Translations under genes and position numbers: made by a program
The notes under the pieces: generated by a model
What the model saw: the letters and a program-made list of their open reading frames with translations, nothing else
The model's database searches: none
What the model was told of the DNA's origin: nothing
Assembly (NCBI GenBank): GCA_020536535.1
Contig: JAHLWZ010000004.1
Coordinates: forward strand, 310,001-374,000
From: Pelomyxa schiedti
Taxonomy: Eukaryota > Protista > Evosea
Direction: 5' to 3'
Length of the DNA stretch: 64,000 nt
Part shown: in pieces, positions 11,193-21,033 of the stretch
How positions within the stretch are numbered: position 1 is the first letter of the stretch
Layout of the letters: every line of letters starts with the position of its first letter

Positions 11193-12398
11193 TTAGTAGT
11201 GCCGGAAAAGCAGGATTGATGAGAGATACATTTGGATGGCTGCTTCACCTTGGTTGGCTGACAGAAGGCACCATTTGCGGGCCTCTCTGAGGTCTTTGCC
11301 TGAAATCATTGAAGCGTACTTGAACTGACCCTCAGGGTGCAACATGCACGCACAGTTGTGCCAGTATACGAGGGCCCGTTCATCATTGTGCTGTATTTCA
11401 CTGTAGCACCTCGCTAGATTGCGGATAGCAAGGGGGTGGTTCTGTGCCGCCCCCTGTTCAAAGAGCGAGAGTGCGAGTGTGTAATTTCCCGAGGCACGTG
11501 GAGCCCAGAGTGCAGTATATCCCTGAAAGCTGAGGGAAGGAGCGAATCCGACCTTTGACCCCACGGCAAAGCGCTCTGTGGCGACCTCATAATTTTCAGA
11601 TGCATATGCAGACTCCCCCCATAGGAAGCCAATTATATTCTTCACTGTCTTAGAAAAGCAAGTCTCTGATACGGTGGCATCAGGCAGCACATGACTCGAA
11701 CCCGTTTCTGCTGCTTTTATAGCGTCGCTAGTTCCTGTAGAGGATTCACAGGATGCCAAACGCCGGCAGTGACTACATTTGTGGCAAGCACAGGAGTAGA
11801 GATACAGCTCATTCCCGCCCACATGCACAGGAGCGATTGCATCCTCACTCACACAGTCACACTGCACCATCTTCCACCCCCTCCCTGTTCCACTGCAACA
11901 ACTCCCACCGCTGCCACCGCAAATAACCCTCTCAGCATTGTTCCTCGCATACTCGCAGAAGTCGTCGCACTCGGCATGCATGGTGGCAATCAGCCTCCAC
12001 AAGCCACTAGGGGCCTCGGCCAGCCACCTCGCGTCTTCCTCCTCCTCCTCCGCCTCCTCCGCCTCCTTATTGTCCCCGCGGCGCCGCGGCGGGCCCATGC
12101 GGAACCAGCGAAGCAGCTTCTCGGGGGCAAAGCGGCCGCCGGTGAACAGCCACCGGTGGCGCTCGCCTGGCATCGAGTTGGCCATCAGCCGGGCCACGAA
12201 CAGGTGCGCGCCCGACGCGGCGACGCCAGCCCCGGCGACGTGGTCCATGGCCGCGCGGTAGTGGGCGTAGCGGCGCCCCATTGCCCGCCGCCTCGCCTCC
12301 GCCAGGCTCGCCGCGGGCCCCCACGGCACGGGCGTGCACAGCGCCGCCGCGCAGTGTCCCACAGCCAGCAGCAATTGCCACCGCTGTTCATCGTCCAT
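11193..12398 (-). CDS. Sel1-like repeat protein with a lineage-specific N-terminus
   Basis: Single long ORF; C-terminal 'ALSLFEQGAAQNHPLAIRNLARCY...ALVYWHNCACMLHPEGQFKYA...ARKWCLLSANQG'. Confidence 0.75.
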   Translation of the reverse strand: MDDEQRWQLLLAVGHCAAALCTPVPWGPAASLAEARRRAMGRRYAHYRAAMDHVAGAGVAASGAHLFVARLMANSMPGERHRWLFTGGRFAPEKLLRWFRMGPPRRRGDNKEAEEAEEEEEDARWLAEAPSGLWRLIATMHAECDDFCEYARNNAERVICGGSGGSCCSGTGRGWKMVQCDCVSEDAIAPVHVGGNELYLYSCACHKCSHCRRLASCESSTGTSDAIKAAETGSSHVLPDATVSETCFSKTVKNIIGFLWGESAYASENYEVATERFAVGSKVGFAPSLSFQGYTALWAPRASGNYTLALSLFEQGAAQNHPLAIRNLARCYSEIQHNDERALVYWHNCACMLHPEGQFKYASMISGKDLREARKWCLLSANQGEAAIQMYLSSILLFRHY

Positions 12399-12493
12399 CT
12401 GTCGCTTATGGGAAAACAAAAAGAAATCGGTATCTACTTGAATTTCATTGAATGACATTGAAAGCTATGAGACGGTGCTGGGGATGAACTCAC

Positions 12494-15400
12494 TTAGTCA
12501 CGTTGTTGTCTCTTGCGTTGGGCTTGTGTGCGGGTGGTGGCCAGAGGATCATTTCTTCTCCTCTTGGGATTGGGAGGGTTTAATTGCTGTGTGGTGGGAG
12601 CAGTGTACTGTATGGTGGCAGGCATCATTGCCTCTCTCTGCATCAGTGCTATGCTCTCGGCCTGGGACATTGGGCGCTGTTGTTGCTGTGGCTGCTGCTG
12701 CTGCTGTGGTGGTGAAACCAAGTCCGGTGGTGGTTGTTCCTGTGGTTTTTGCTGGACCTGCGGTTGTGGTTGCCGAATTAGTTGCTGTTGTTGCACTGGT
12801 GGGGCTGGAGCCGCCTGGTGGTATCTGGGATGGGGCGGTGCTTGATTCGGTTGTGCTGCGTTCGGCGGTGTGGGATGTGGCGGTGCAGGTATGTCGGAAT
12901 TGGCGAGGGATACTGCCGTTTGCCGTTCCTTCTCGCGGGCAAGCTCCTCCTCGCGGCGGTAGGCGGAGGCGGCCTCGAGAACGGCGGCTGTATCTTCTTG
13001 TGCGTTGGACCCTGTTGCCGACGAGTGAGCTGGAAGCTCCTCTGGCGACTCGGCGATGTGATTGCTTTCACCGGGGTGCGCTTGTTTGCCTCGGATTGGT
13101 TCAGGCCAAAGGCTTTCCATGTGTCTTAGCATCCCTTGGTGGTAGGTTGTTGTGTCACTGTTATCACACTTTGTTATGAACAGATAAACCTACCGTGAGA
13201 TTAAAATTAATTAGTAAAAGAACTACAGGGGGAAAACCTCGGCCCATAGCTTATAAAAGGCGTCTCTACGTGCAGTTTGTGCGGTTCGTAAGTGGGGAAA
13301 CAACTTTGACTCATTATTTTTGGCATGTTGAAACAGTCTTCAGGGATATTAAAAAGAAATGTATGGGAAGTGGCACGAAACCTGGTGATAAGTTCCCGTG
13401 TGGATTCTGCTTCACTCTCCTGAAGGGTTGCTCGAAGAATTGCACATTTTAAGGGATCCAACAACTTTTTAAGTTCTTCATGCTGGTCTGCTCCAAAGAG
13501 AATGGTATCTGCAAGCAGCCAAGGCCAATACCTAGGTTCCTTGATTAAAAACCCAAAGGAAGATAGTGGATTACCTTGTGGATCTCTCAACATTCAACGG
13601 TGTGGACGTGTATGCATTGGCTCCCCCACTGGTTTTTATCTTCGAAAGTGGGTCCACTTTCTTATCGCCACTTGAAGCATGGCACAACATATTAGAATCG
13701 ATCAATTCTAAAAATTCCCTGACTCGGTACCTGTACAGTGGTCAATAGTCGGTAATACTACCTCTATGAAAGAGCATACAAGTTTGGTTGTAGTGTGTAT
13801 GAAGGCAGAGAAACAGCGGAGAAGGTATCTTGCGGTATTGCACTCAAACAGTGTAGGCAAATAACACCCGAGTTACCAATAAGTGCATGGGTAGCCTAGT
13901 GTACTTTAAACCATAAACACCTTCAAAGGGGTGGGGTGTAGGCTAGAAGGAATACAGGAACTGCTTCGCGGGTCTCACTCCTATTTTTTAACAGCAAAGC
14001 CTTCCCACTGTTGAAGATAGAGCCTCTTACGAAAGGAACTTGGAGAAAATGACTACCTTAGCACATGAGATACAATACTCACAGCTTCTTGGGACCAGAC
14101 GTGACAGGGTGTTATCCTATGAATACAGCTAGACCCCAAGGAATTCGGGAGTATTTTCCTTCCTAGAGGGACAAATTGCAGCTCTAGGGATCTAAAATTG
14201 CTCGTAACAAATTTCCGAAAGTGCGCATACCCTTGCGCCAGATCTAGGTGCGGAAACGAATGGTACAGAAGTTTTACTGGAGGAAGTGTCTTTGTCTCCG
14301 GTTTTCTTTCACTGGTAGGAACTTGAGTAATAGTTGCAACTTCAAGGCCATAATTCTCAATAGCCCTCTGTTCAATAAAGTGGTGGAGGTCTGCTTTAGT
14401 AACACTGAACATAACACAGGTAACATGACTCGTTGATGGTAGTTTGCATGGGGGACTTGACCCCCGCTTGCTTACTCTAATGATGTCTGTCGAATGTAAG
14501 GACAGTTCACTGTAGTGGGAGGGTGGGAACCAAGGTTGATCTTATGTGAAGTGCCGTGTGTGCTACTATGTGAGTGAAGCCGAGACATTTCCTTCTCGGC
14601 GTGTGTTACAATTTTTTCCCATTGCTCTTCCATGTTGATCTGCTCTGGGAGCAAGACGACAATACGTGATTGACGGAATTTCATTTCGGTGCAAGGTCCT
14701 TTCCTGTGACTCCAAGAATTGTCCGTACTAGAATTGTGATCAACAGCCATACAATCAGACATTGATCCCCCACGGCCAGAGTAATATGAAGAATGGCATT
14801 CCTCGCACTGTGAAGATTCACAAGCTTCTGCCTTAGTGGATGCAGCATCCTCGGCCAGTGCAGAGACTGAAATTGTAATAGCCTCGTAAATGGAGCCTGG
14901 TGGGGGATCCGCAGGAGGAATATTTGCCCATAATTCGGTCAGTTTTGATATCGACTGATTCTGGGTCTTCCAGTCCAGGGTCCAAGTAGCTCCCTTCTGA
15001 TAAACGGTCACCACAGCCACCTGTGTTGAGTGACATCAACCACAAGGAAGAAGAAGAAGAAGAATTTGTTTTTGCCCGCGCATGCCCATACACACCTTAT
15101 GGGATGGCGGAGGAAAAAGGTCCCACGCAATTCTGCAATACTCCAGGGCGGCCTGGGCTATGCACGTGGTGACAGACATCCCCGCCACGACGGCGCCCGC
15201 CCCGCGGTCGTCCTCCCCGCCTTCGGCCCCCCCGTCGCCCTCCTCCCGCTCCCGCTCGCTGTCCCCGCCGTCGCCGCCCCCCTCCGACTCTCCCTCTGCC
15301 CCGCCCTCCTGCTCCTGCTGCCTCTGCTGCTGCTGCGGCCGCCGCCTCGCGGCGCTCTCCTGCCGCCCCCCGTGGCCGGGCCTCCCTCCCCGCAGCAGGC

Positions 15401-15581
15401 TGTTTCCCCCGCCCTCCTCGTGCCCGCTCCCTCGGACCACAACCACGACGCTGCGGGCGCACGGGAACCTGACCACGGCCCCGGCCCCTGCCCCCGCCGC
15501 GCTCCCTCTCTCTGCCGCGCCGCTGGTGCTTGTAGTAGTCGAAGTGCTTGTCGTTGGGCCAGTAACCGGGGGTCCACTCAT
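12494..15581 (-). CDS. Hypothetical multi-exon protein with low-complexity N-terminus and Gln/Pro-rich C-terminus
   Basis: ORF 15581-15036 splices (AAG|gtgtgt...acacag|GTG) into 15020-14472, followed by ORFs 14412-14053, 13593-13207 and 13132-12494. Middle exons are not fully resolved and no domain was recognised. Confidence 0.5.
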
Positions 15582-15602
15582 TTAATTTGTTTTTACATTC
15601 GT

Positions 15603-18261
15603 TTACTCGTTGATGGGTGTTACTGGTGAAGTTGATGTTGTTACAGGGGGCGTGGTAGGGGCGAGGCTGTCAGAAGTTCCTGCAGCGACCATCCCAGACA
15701 CTACAGGCGTGGCCTCGATGTCGGCCTTGGAGCTGCCGGCGTAGGGTCTGAGCATCTTCATCCGGCACCAAGAGAACACTCTCCAGGGCCGGTACAGCAC
15801 GAGCATGCCGGCTGTCAAGACGGCGATGATGGGCCCGACGCTGGCCAGCGCGAGTATTCCGAATCCTTCTGTGGCGTCAACGACGTTGCCAAATGAAACC
15901 CCAAGTGCCAGAATGAGGGGGACAGTTACGGGTCCCGTCGTTACACCGGCAGAGTCCCTGGTTGCTCGTTAACAAAGCAAAAGCGAGTGCTATTGGGAGC
16001 TGAAAGAAACACTTACCAACCAACATTGACGTATTCCTCTGTAGGCAATGATGAGGCTTTAAATTTTTAAATACAGTGTTTTAATACCTGGAGCAAATAT
16101 CGACAGTGTACACGCAATAAAGTAACCCCCAAGTAAAAAGGGGACCAGCTGTAATTGGAAGTAGATTTTAATCAGTCCGCAAGCAATGCCACTAGCAACT
16201 CCCAAAGAGACCTAACGCAAGTATTAGAGCTGGTTGTACATAAAACCCGAAACCATTATAAGCAAAAGCCACTTGGAAAATCTTCCTTGTGAAAGTGTTT
16301 GAGCTTGTTCTCCAAGAACCAGCAGTGCCGGTTCTGCAAGGGTTGCTCCTATGCAGAGTGAATGAAAGATTATGTAGATAGGTTCAACCTATTCCCAGAA
16401 CAAAAGCAAAGAGAATTGCAATAAATAGTCCCAGTCCAGTTCCAAACAAAGGAGATGTTGGGTATCCTTCTACTTCCGAAAAAAGAATAGGAATGACTCT
16501 TCCTGTCTGACTGCCCAAAGCAGCTAAGCCGTAAGACATTCCAATATTAAATATTGTCATCCCAATAACAGTGAGAATAAGACCAATCCATAAAAGATCT
16601 ATGAAGCAGGGTAATTTGCATGCCTACCAGCAATTCTCTTACTGAATTTTGCAACAGCTTTATCCCTAGTTTGCTCTTCCTCTAGAGCAACATTCTCAGT
16701 TGGAGGTAGAACTATGTCCCGCATTCTGACCTGTGGAAGCCTTGCACGGAGAACTAGCTTTATCACAATCAAAAGGAAAAGTATGAGTGGCACTGTAGCT
16801 CGAACTGCGAGGATAATTTCATTGACAGGTGAGGCATTCCACCTGGCATACAAATGTTATCAATGCCGTGATGTTGGAAGTAATACCATTTAGTGTCATT
16901 AGAAGCAGAAGCATCTGCGTGTGCTTTATCAATAACTTTATCTATGTCCAAAAATGCCATGGTCAATAGTGACAAGCACAAAACACAGAAAATTGGAATG
17001 ATGGACGCCAGAGTCACTATCCCAAACCCTGAGGAGGCATGAGAACAGTGAGTTTAAAAAGATACAACATGCCTGAAAGGGGATTTCCTTTCCCTTCAAT
17101 TCCTTTTTTCTTTGTGACTGAGGAGGCTACCCCGATTCCAAGTGATAAAACCTGGTGAGTTTGAGTATAAGGTCGGCTTTTTATTTATAACTATAAAGTC
17201 GTATACTGAAGAGTAATGACAACACCAAGGGAACAGTGACTGGCCCAGTCGTAACAGCGCCACAATCCCAAGCCAGGCCAAGTATTTCCCTGACTTTGGG
17301 GCACCAAAGCTATAGTGGAAAGGATAAGGCATTGGAAGAAGCAATATGTTTCGCACCTCAATAATTCCACTAAGAGCGAGCGTAGGAATCAAAGTAATAA
17401 AGATAAGCCACTTCAACTTCCAGTTGTAAAGGTTACGTAGTACTCCCAGAACTGCTGCAAGTCCAACCCCAACTGACACAGCCAACACCAAATATATGGA
17501 AAGGCTATTGAGAAGGGCATACAGGTAGCTGCTGGAAATTATTCAAAGAAAGGAAGTTGTAGGACATACGGAGTTTTGTCAACTTGAACTAAAACTCCAA
17601 TTAACTGTAATGCAACTAGAGCTGGCTCAGCGAAAGTAACAGCAATTCCAAGAAGGCAAGCTATAATAAGAACAACCCATAGCCTACTCTTCATTCCAAG
17701 CTCCTTTCCTAAGGTATCACCAAGTTGCATCAGACCAGTTTTCAAACCTTAAAAATGTCAGGGGTAAACCTAGTTTAGAGAAGAAAACCCTCTATAAAGA
17801 ATAGCAGCCCCACCATCACAGCACAAAGTCCGGCGCATATAAGACCAAGCCCCATAATTGAAATACGTAAAACAGCTATTTGGAAGAGAACCAGATACGC
17901 AGCAATAGGCACCACAGACCTTATCTAAAAGTGACCGTGTCAGGTTCACATTTAAAGTAAACGAGGATCAAACGGTAGGAAAAAACAAAAGAAAACCAAA
18001 AAAAAAAGGGGGAAATGCCAGTTCCCACAAACAACCCACCTTGTCCATCACTTGGGATCCATAGTACAGCGCGATGACCTTTGGCCAGCCCTTCGCCCTT
18101 ATGCAGCACACCTTGAGCTCTATGACAGACTCCTGCTTCGACTCGATGCTCTCCTTCACGACAGCGCGATACGCGTCCCATCCCTCGGTCTTCTCCTTCT
18201 CCGCGGCTGCCGGAAATGCGCCCAGTGGCATCATCTCCAAACTGTCTCGTGGGTCCGCCAT
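15603..18261 (-). CDS. DUF1538-family polytopic membrane protein with two tandem domains
   Basis: Multi-exon, many TM segments. Duplicated signatures 'TFAEPAL' / 'LAEPAL' and 'TTGPVTVPL...GFGI'. 'DSAGVTTGPVTVPLILALG...EGFGILALASVGPIIAVL' is typical of DUF1538. Confidence 0.8.
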
Positions 18262-18484
18262 CGCGCGTGTGGTTGTGCTTTTTTTTTTTCCTTCTTTTTT
18301 GTGTTTGTTCCCGTTGCTCCTTAATTTTGCAGCGCAGATCGTGCAACTCTGTTGAACATTGATCCCCGATACACAAAATTGGACGAGGGAAAAGAGAAAA
18401 AGCAAAGTGGCAGTGGCATGTTTGTTGTGCCCACAAGTGTGGGGGAAAAACAAAGTTTTTACTCACCTGCATAAGGGGGAAGAA

Positions 18485-19879
18485 TTAGGGATCGTGGTGC
18501 CCATAGTTGTGGTGGCTGCTACCGGCTCCGCTGCCTCCGCCACCGCCGCCGCCATGATGGGAGGATGACGACGAGCGCCTGTCCCTGTCCCTATCTCGGT
18601 CGCGGTCGCCTCTGTCCTTGTCCCTGCTGTGGCTTCGGCTCCTATCTCTGTCCCTATCCCTGTCCCTGTCGCGGTCCCTGTCTCTGTCTCTATCCCTGTC
18701 CCGGTCGTGGTCGTGGTCGTGCTCTCCTCCGCTGTGGCTCCTGTCCCTACTCCTGCTTCTACTCCTGTCTTCGCGTCGGTTGTGGTGCCTCCTGTTTGGG
18801 ATTTAGAATAGGGCTGTGGCTATTGGTTATGAGTTTGGGTTATGAGATAGGGAGTGCAAGGGCTGTTGGATCAGATAACCTGCCAAAGAGATCACGTTGG
18901 AGGGACCTACTAATGTGCTTAAGGTGCATAAAGTTACAAAAGCCGCCTCGGGTGCACTCTCCCATATCAAACTGACGACACCTAGCCTGGAGGGAATGAG
19001 AAAACAATGGTGTCACGAGAGGGAACTAACCTCACGGAAATCTGTAACAGGGGAGAACTCGGCTAAAACTGGCCTACCTACAAAGAGTCATACCCGGAAC
19101 CTGATGTAGGTACATACCAGCGTAAAAGCGCCCATTTAAAGCAGTGAGAGCATTAGACGCAGCTTCCTCTTCAATGTATTTCACATAAACGTTTCCAACC
19201 AGGTGATCACAAAGGTTATCACAGACATTGAGTTCATCAACTTCTCCAAACTTACTAAGCTCATTGTACACATCCTGAATGCAATAAGAAATGATAGTAG
19301 TAACAGAACCTTACCTCATAGAAGTTCTCAAATGTGGCCTGTAGTTCGTCAGGGTTAATTAGAGCAGCAGCCTCTGGGGGAAGACCTGCGACAGGATTTG
19401 GATACCTTGTATCTTAATTAGTTGTGGAAAAGAGGAAGCGTCGTTACATGTGACAAAGTAAAAGGGTCTGTGACATGGTTGGACGATGGTGAATACGGCA
19501 ACATTTATCACCGTGCCTGCATGCCCCTATCTTGAAGAAGAACGGGCAGTTGACTCTTCATTTGGGAATCCATCGGAAGGAAGTGAAAAGAATTATGTGA
19601 GAAAAAAAAACAGGGGGTGTGTTTGGAAATAAGCTGTTAAGGCTCACTCAAAAACCTACCCTAAAGAGAAGAAAGAAGGGAGAACAGCAAGAGAGACAGT
19701 GAAGAAGAAAAAGAAAACTTAGAGAGTGTAACCATTGAACACTCCTTCTAACATACATTCAACGCAATCGCGCACAAAGAGAAACAAAAGAAATAAAGAA
19801 AAAAGATCGCTCGTTCTGAACATAAAAGGTGATACTTGTCTTTTTCTGTCCCGAAGATCTGGGCTAAGTTATCAGCCAT
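18485..19879 (-). CDS. U2AF1: Splicing factor U2AF small subunit
   Basis: '[37 protein letters not shown]', UHM '[29 protein letters not shown]', and an RS/RD-rich tail. Confidence 0.97.
18580..18790. repeat. Hexamer-type repeats (GACAGG/GATAGA/GACCGC on the minus strand) encoding the RD/RS domain of U2AF1
   Basis: Visible in sequence; coding. Confidence 0.8.
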
Positions 19880-20135
19880 CGCGTGCGCTGTCTTGTTGAC
19901 ACCAGATTTTTTTTTTCTGTTTATTTTTTTTTCCTTCATCAAAAATAAATAGTGAAGCTCCTGCAATTGAAAATTCCGAAGAATTTTACTTGGGTCTCAG
20001 CACCTCGACCTCGAAATGATGGCTAAACCACGAAACCAACCCTTATTGCGTGTTTTTTGGTGTGGCTGTTTGATCCTAAGGTTTGACAAAATATTACGTC
20101 CCAATTTGACATTATAGGAAAAAAATATAGGGGAA

Positions 20136-20724
20136 CTAATGGTTTTCTACAAGATCTGGGTCACAAACGATGTTGAGCAGCATGTTCATAACCTTGTCCC
20201 CGTTTTTGGCTGTGTCATCCTTGATAAGAGCGACTTGTTTGGCTGTTCGATCTCGCATCTGGGCGGTGTATTGTTCTGCGTCTCCTGTATGCTGTTTTGT
20301 GTTTGTTTTTGTTAACGATGGAGAACTAGTGTGGGCGACATTTTCATTAGTGACATGTGTGAATGTTATGATGGGTGTGACCTATTATATACATTCCAAA
20401 ATAATTTCACTTTGTTTGCGTTGGCTTTATTCACACAACAATGTACTCGTATTTAAGAGTGGAGAGTGACCTGGGCACAGAACTCCTGAAAGATGTGATC
20501 TCTCTCAGCTTTGTATGCCACGAGTTCTTCTTTGGCCTCGTCACGTGCAGACTTGAGCAGAGCAACCCTCTCTCTTTTAGCCTTGTTCACAATTTCTTGT
20601 GCCTACATCGAAGAAAGAGAGGAAGAAGGGACGACGGTCAAAAACTCTGGGTTTTTTTCCCTCGTGTCGTTTGGCAAACCTGTTTTTCTGCCTCCATCAA
20701 CTGCGCAACAGCCTGAGATGCCAT
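20136..20724 (-). CDS. ATP6V1G: V-type proton ATPase subunit G
   Basis: 'MASQAVAQLMEAEKQAQEIVNKAKRERVALLKSARDEAKEELVAYKAERDHIFQEFCAQHTGD...VMNMLLNIVCD'; two introns. Confidence 0.93.
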
Positions 20725-21033
20725 TTTTCCGTCTGCTCACAAAGAAACCAAAGAAAAAAAGAGGTGCCGATGACGGCAATGCCCTGCGGTGGATGGTTTG
20801 TTGTTTGATTTAAAATTACCTTTGATGCATTATTTTTCCTTCTTCGAATCTGCGCTGCAACTGCTAGAACCGGGTTCCTTTCTCGAAGGCAATTCGAGGG
20901 TCCTCTTCCGGGATCTTTTTTTCTTGCACCATCACCAGTTGGCTTCAGGATTGAAAGCCCTGCAAGGGCATCTTTCTCTGGCGCCCAGATCTTTTTCATT
21001 TTATTTTAATAAACGCCGTCTCAAATTGCCTGT

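Noticed and set aside
18580-18790. Regular short repeats as a CRISPR-like or satellite array
   Set aside because: They are coding RD/RS dipeptide repeats of U2AF1; no repeat-spacer structure or cas genes occur anywhere in the window.
19825-19835. U2AF1 intron 1 donor GTATCACCTTT resembles a U12-type 5' splice site
   Set aside because: It does not match the near-invariant RTATCCTT, and no U12 branch sequence (TCCTTAAC) lies near the acceptor.
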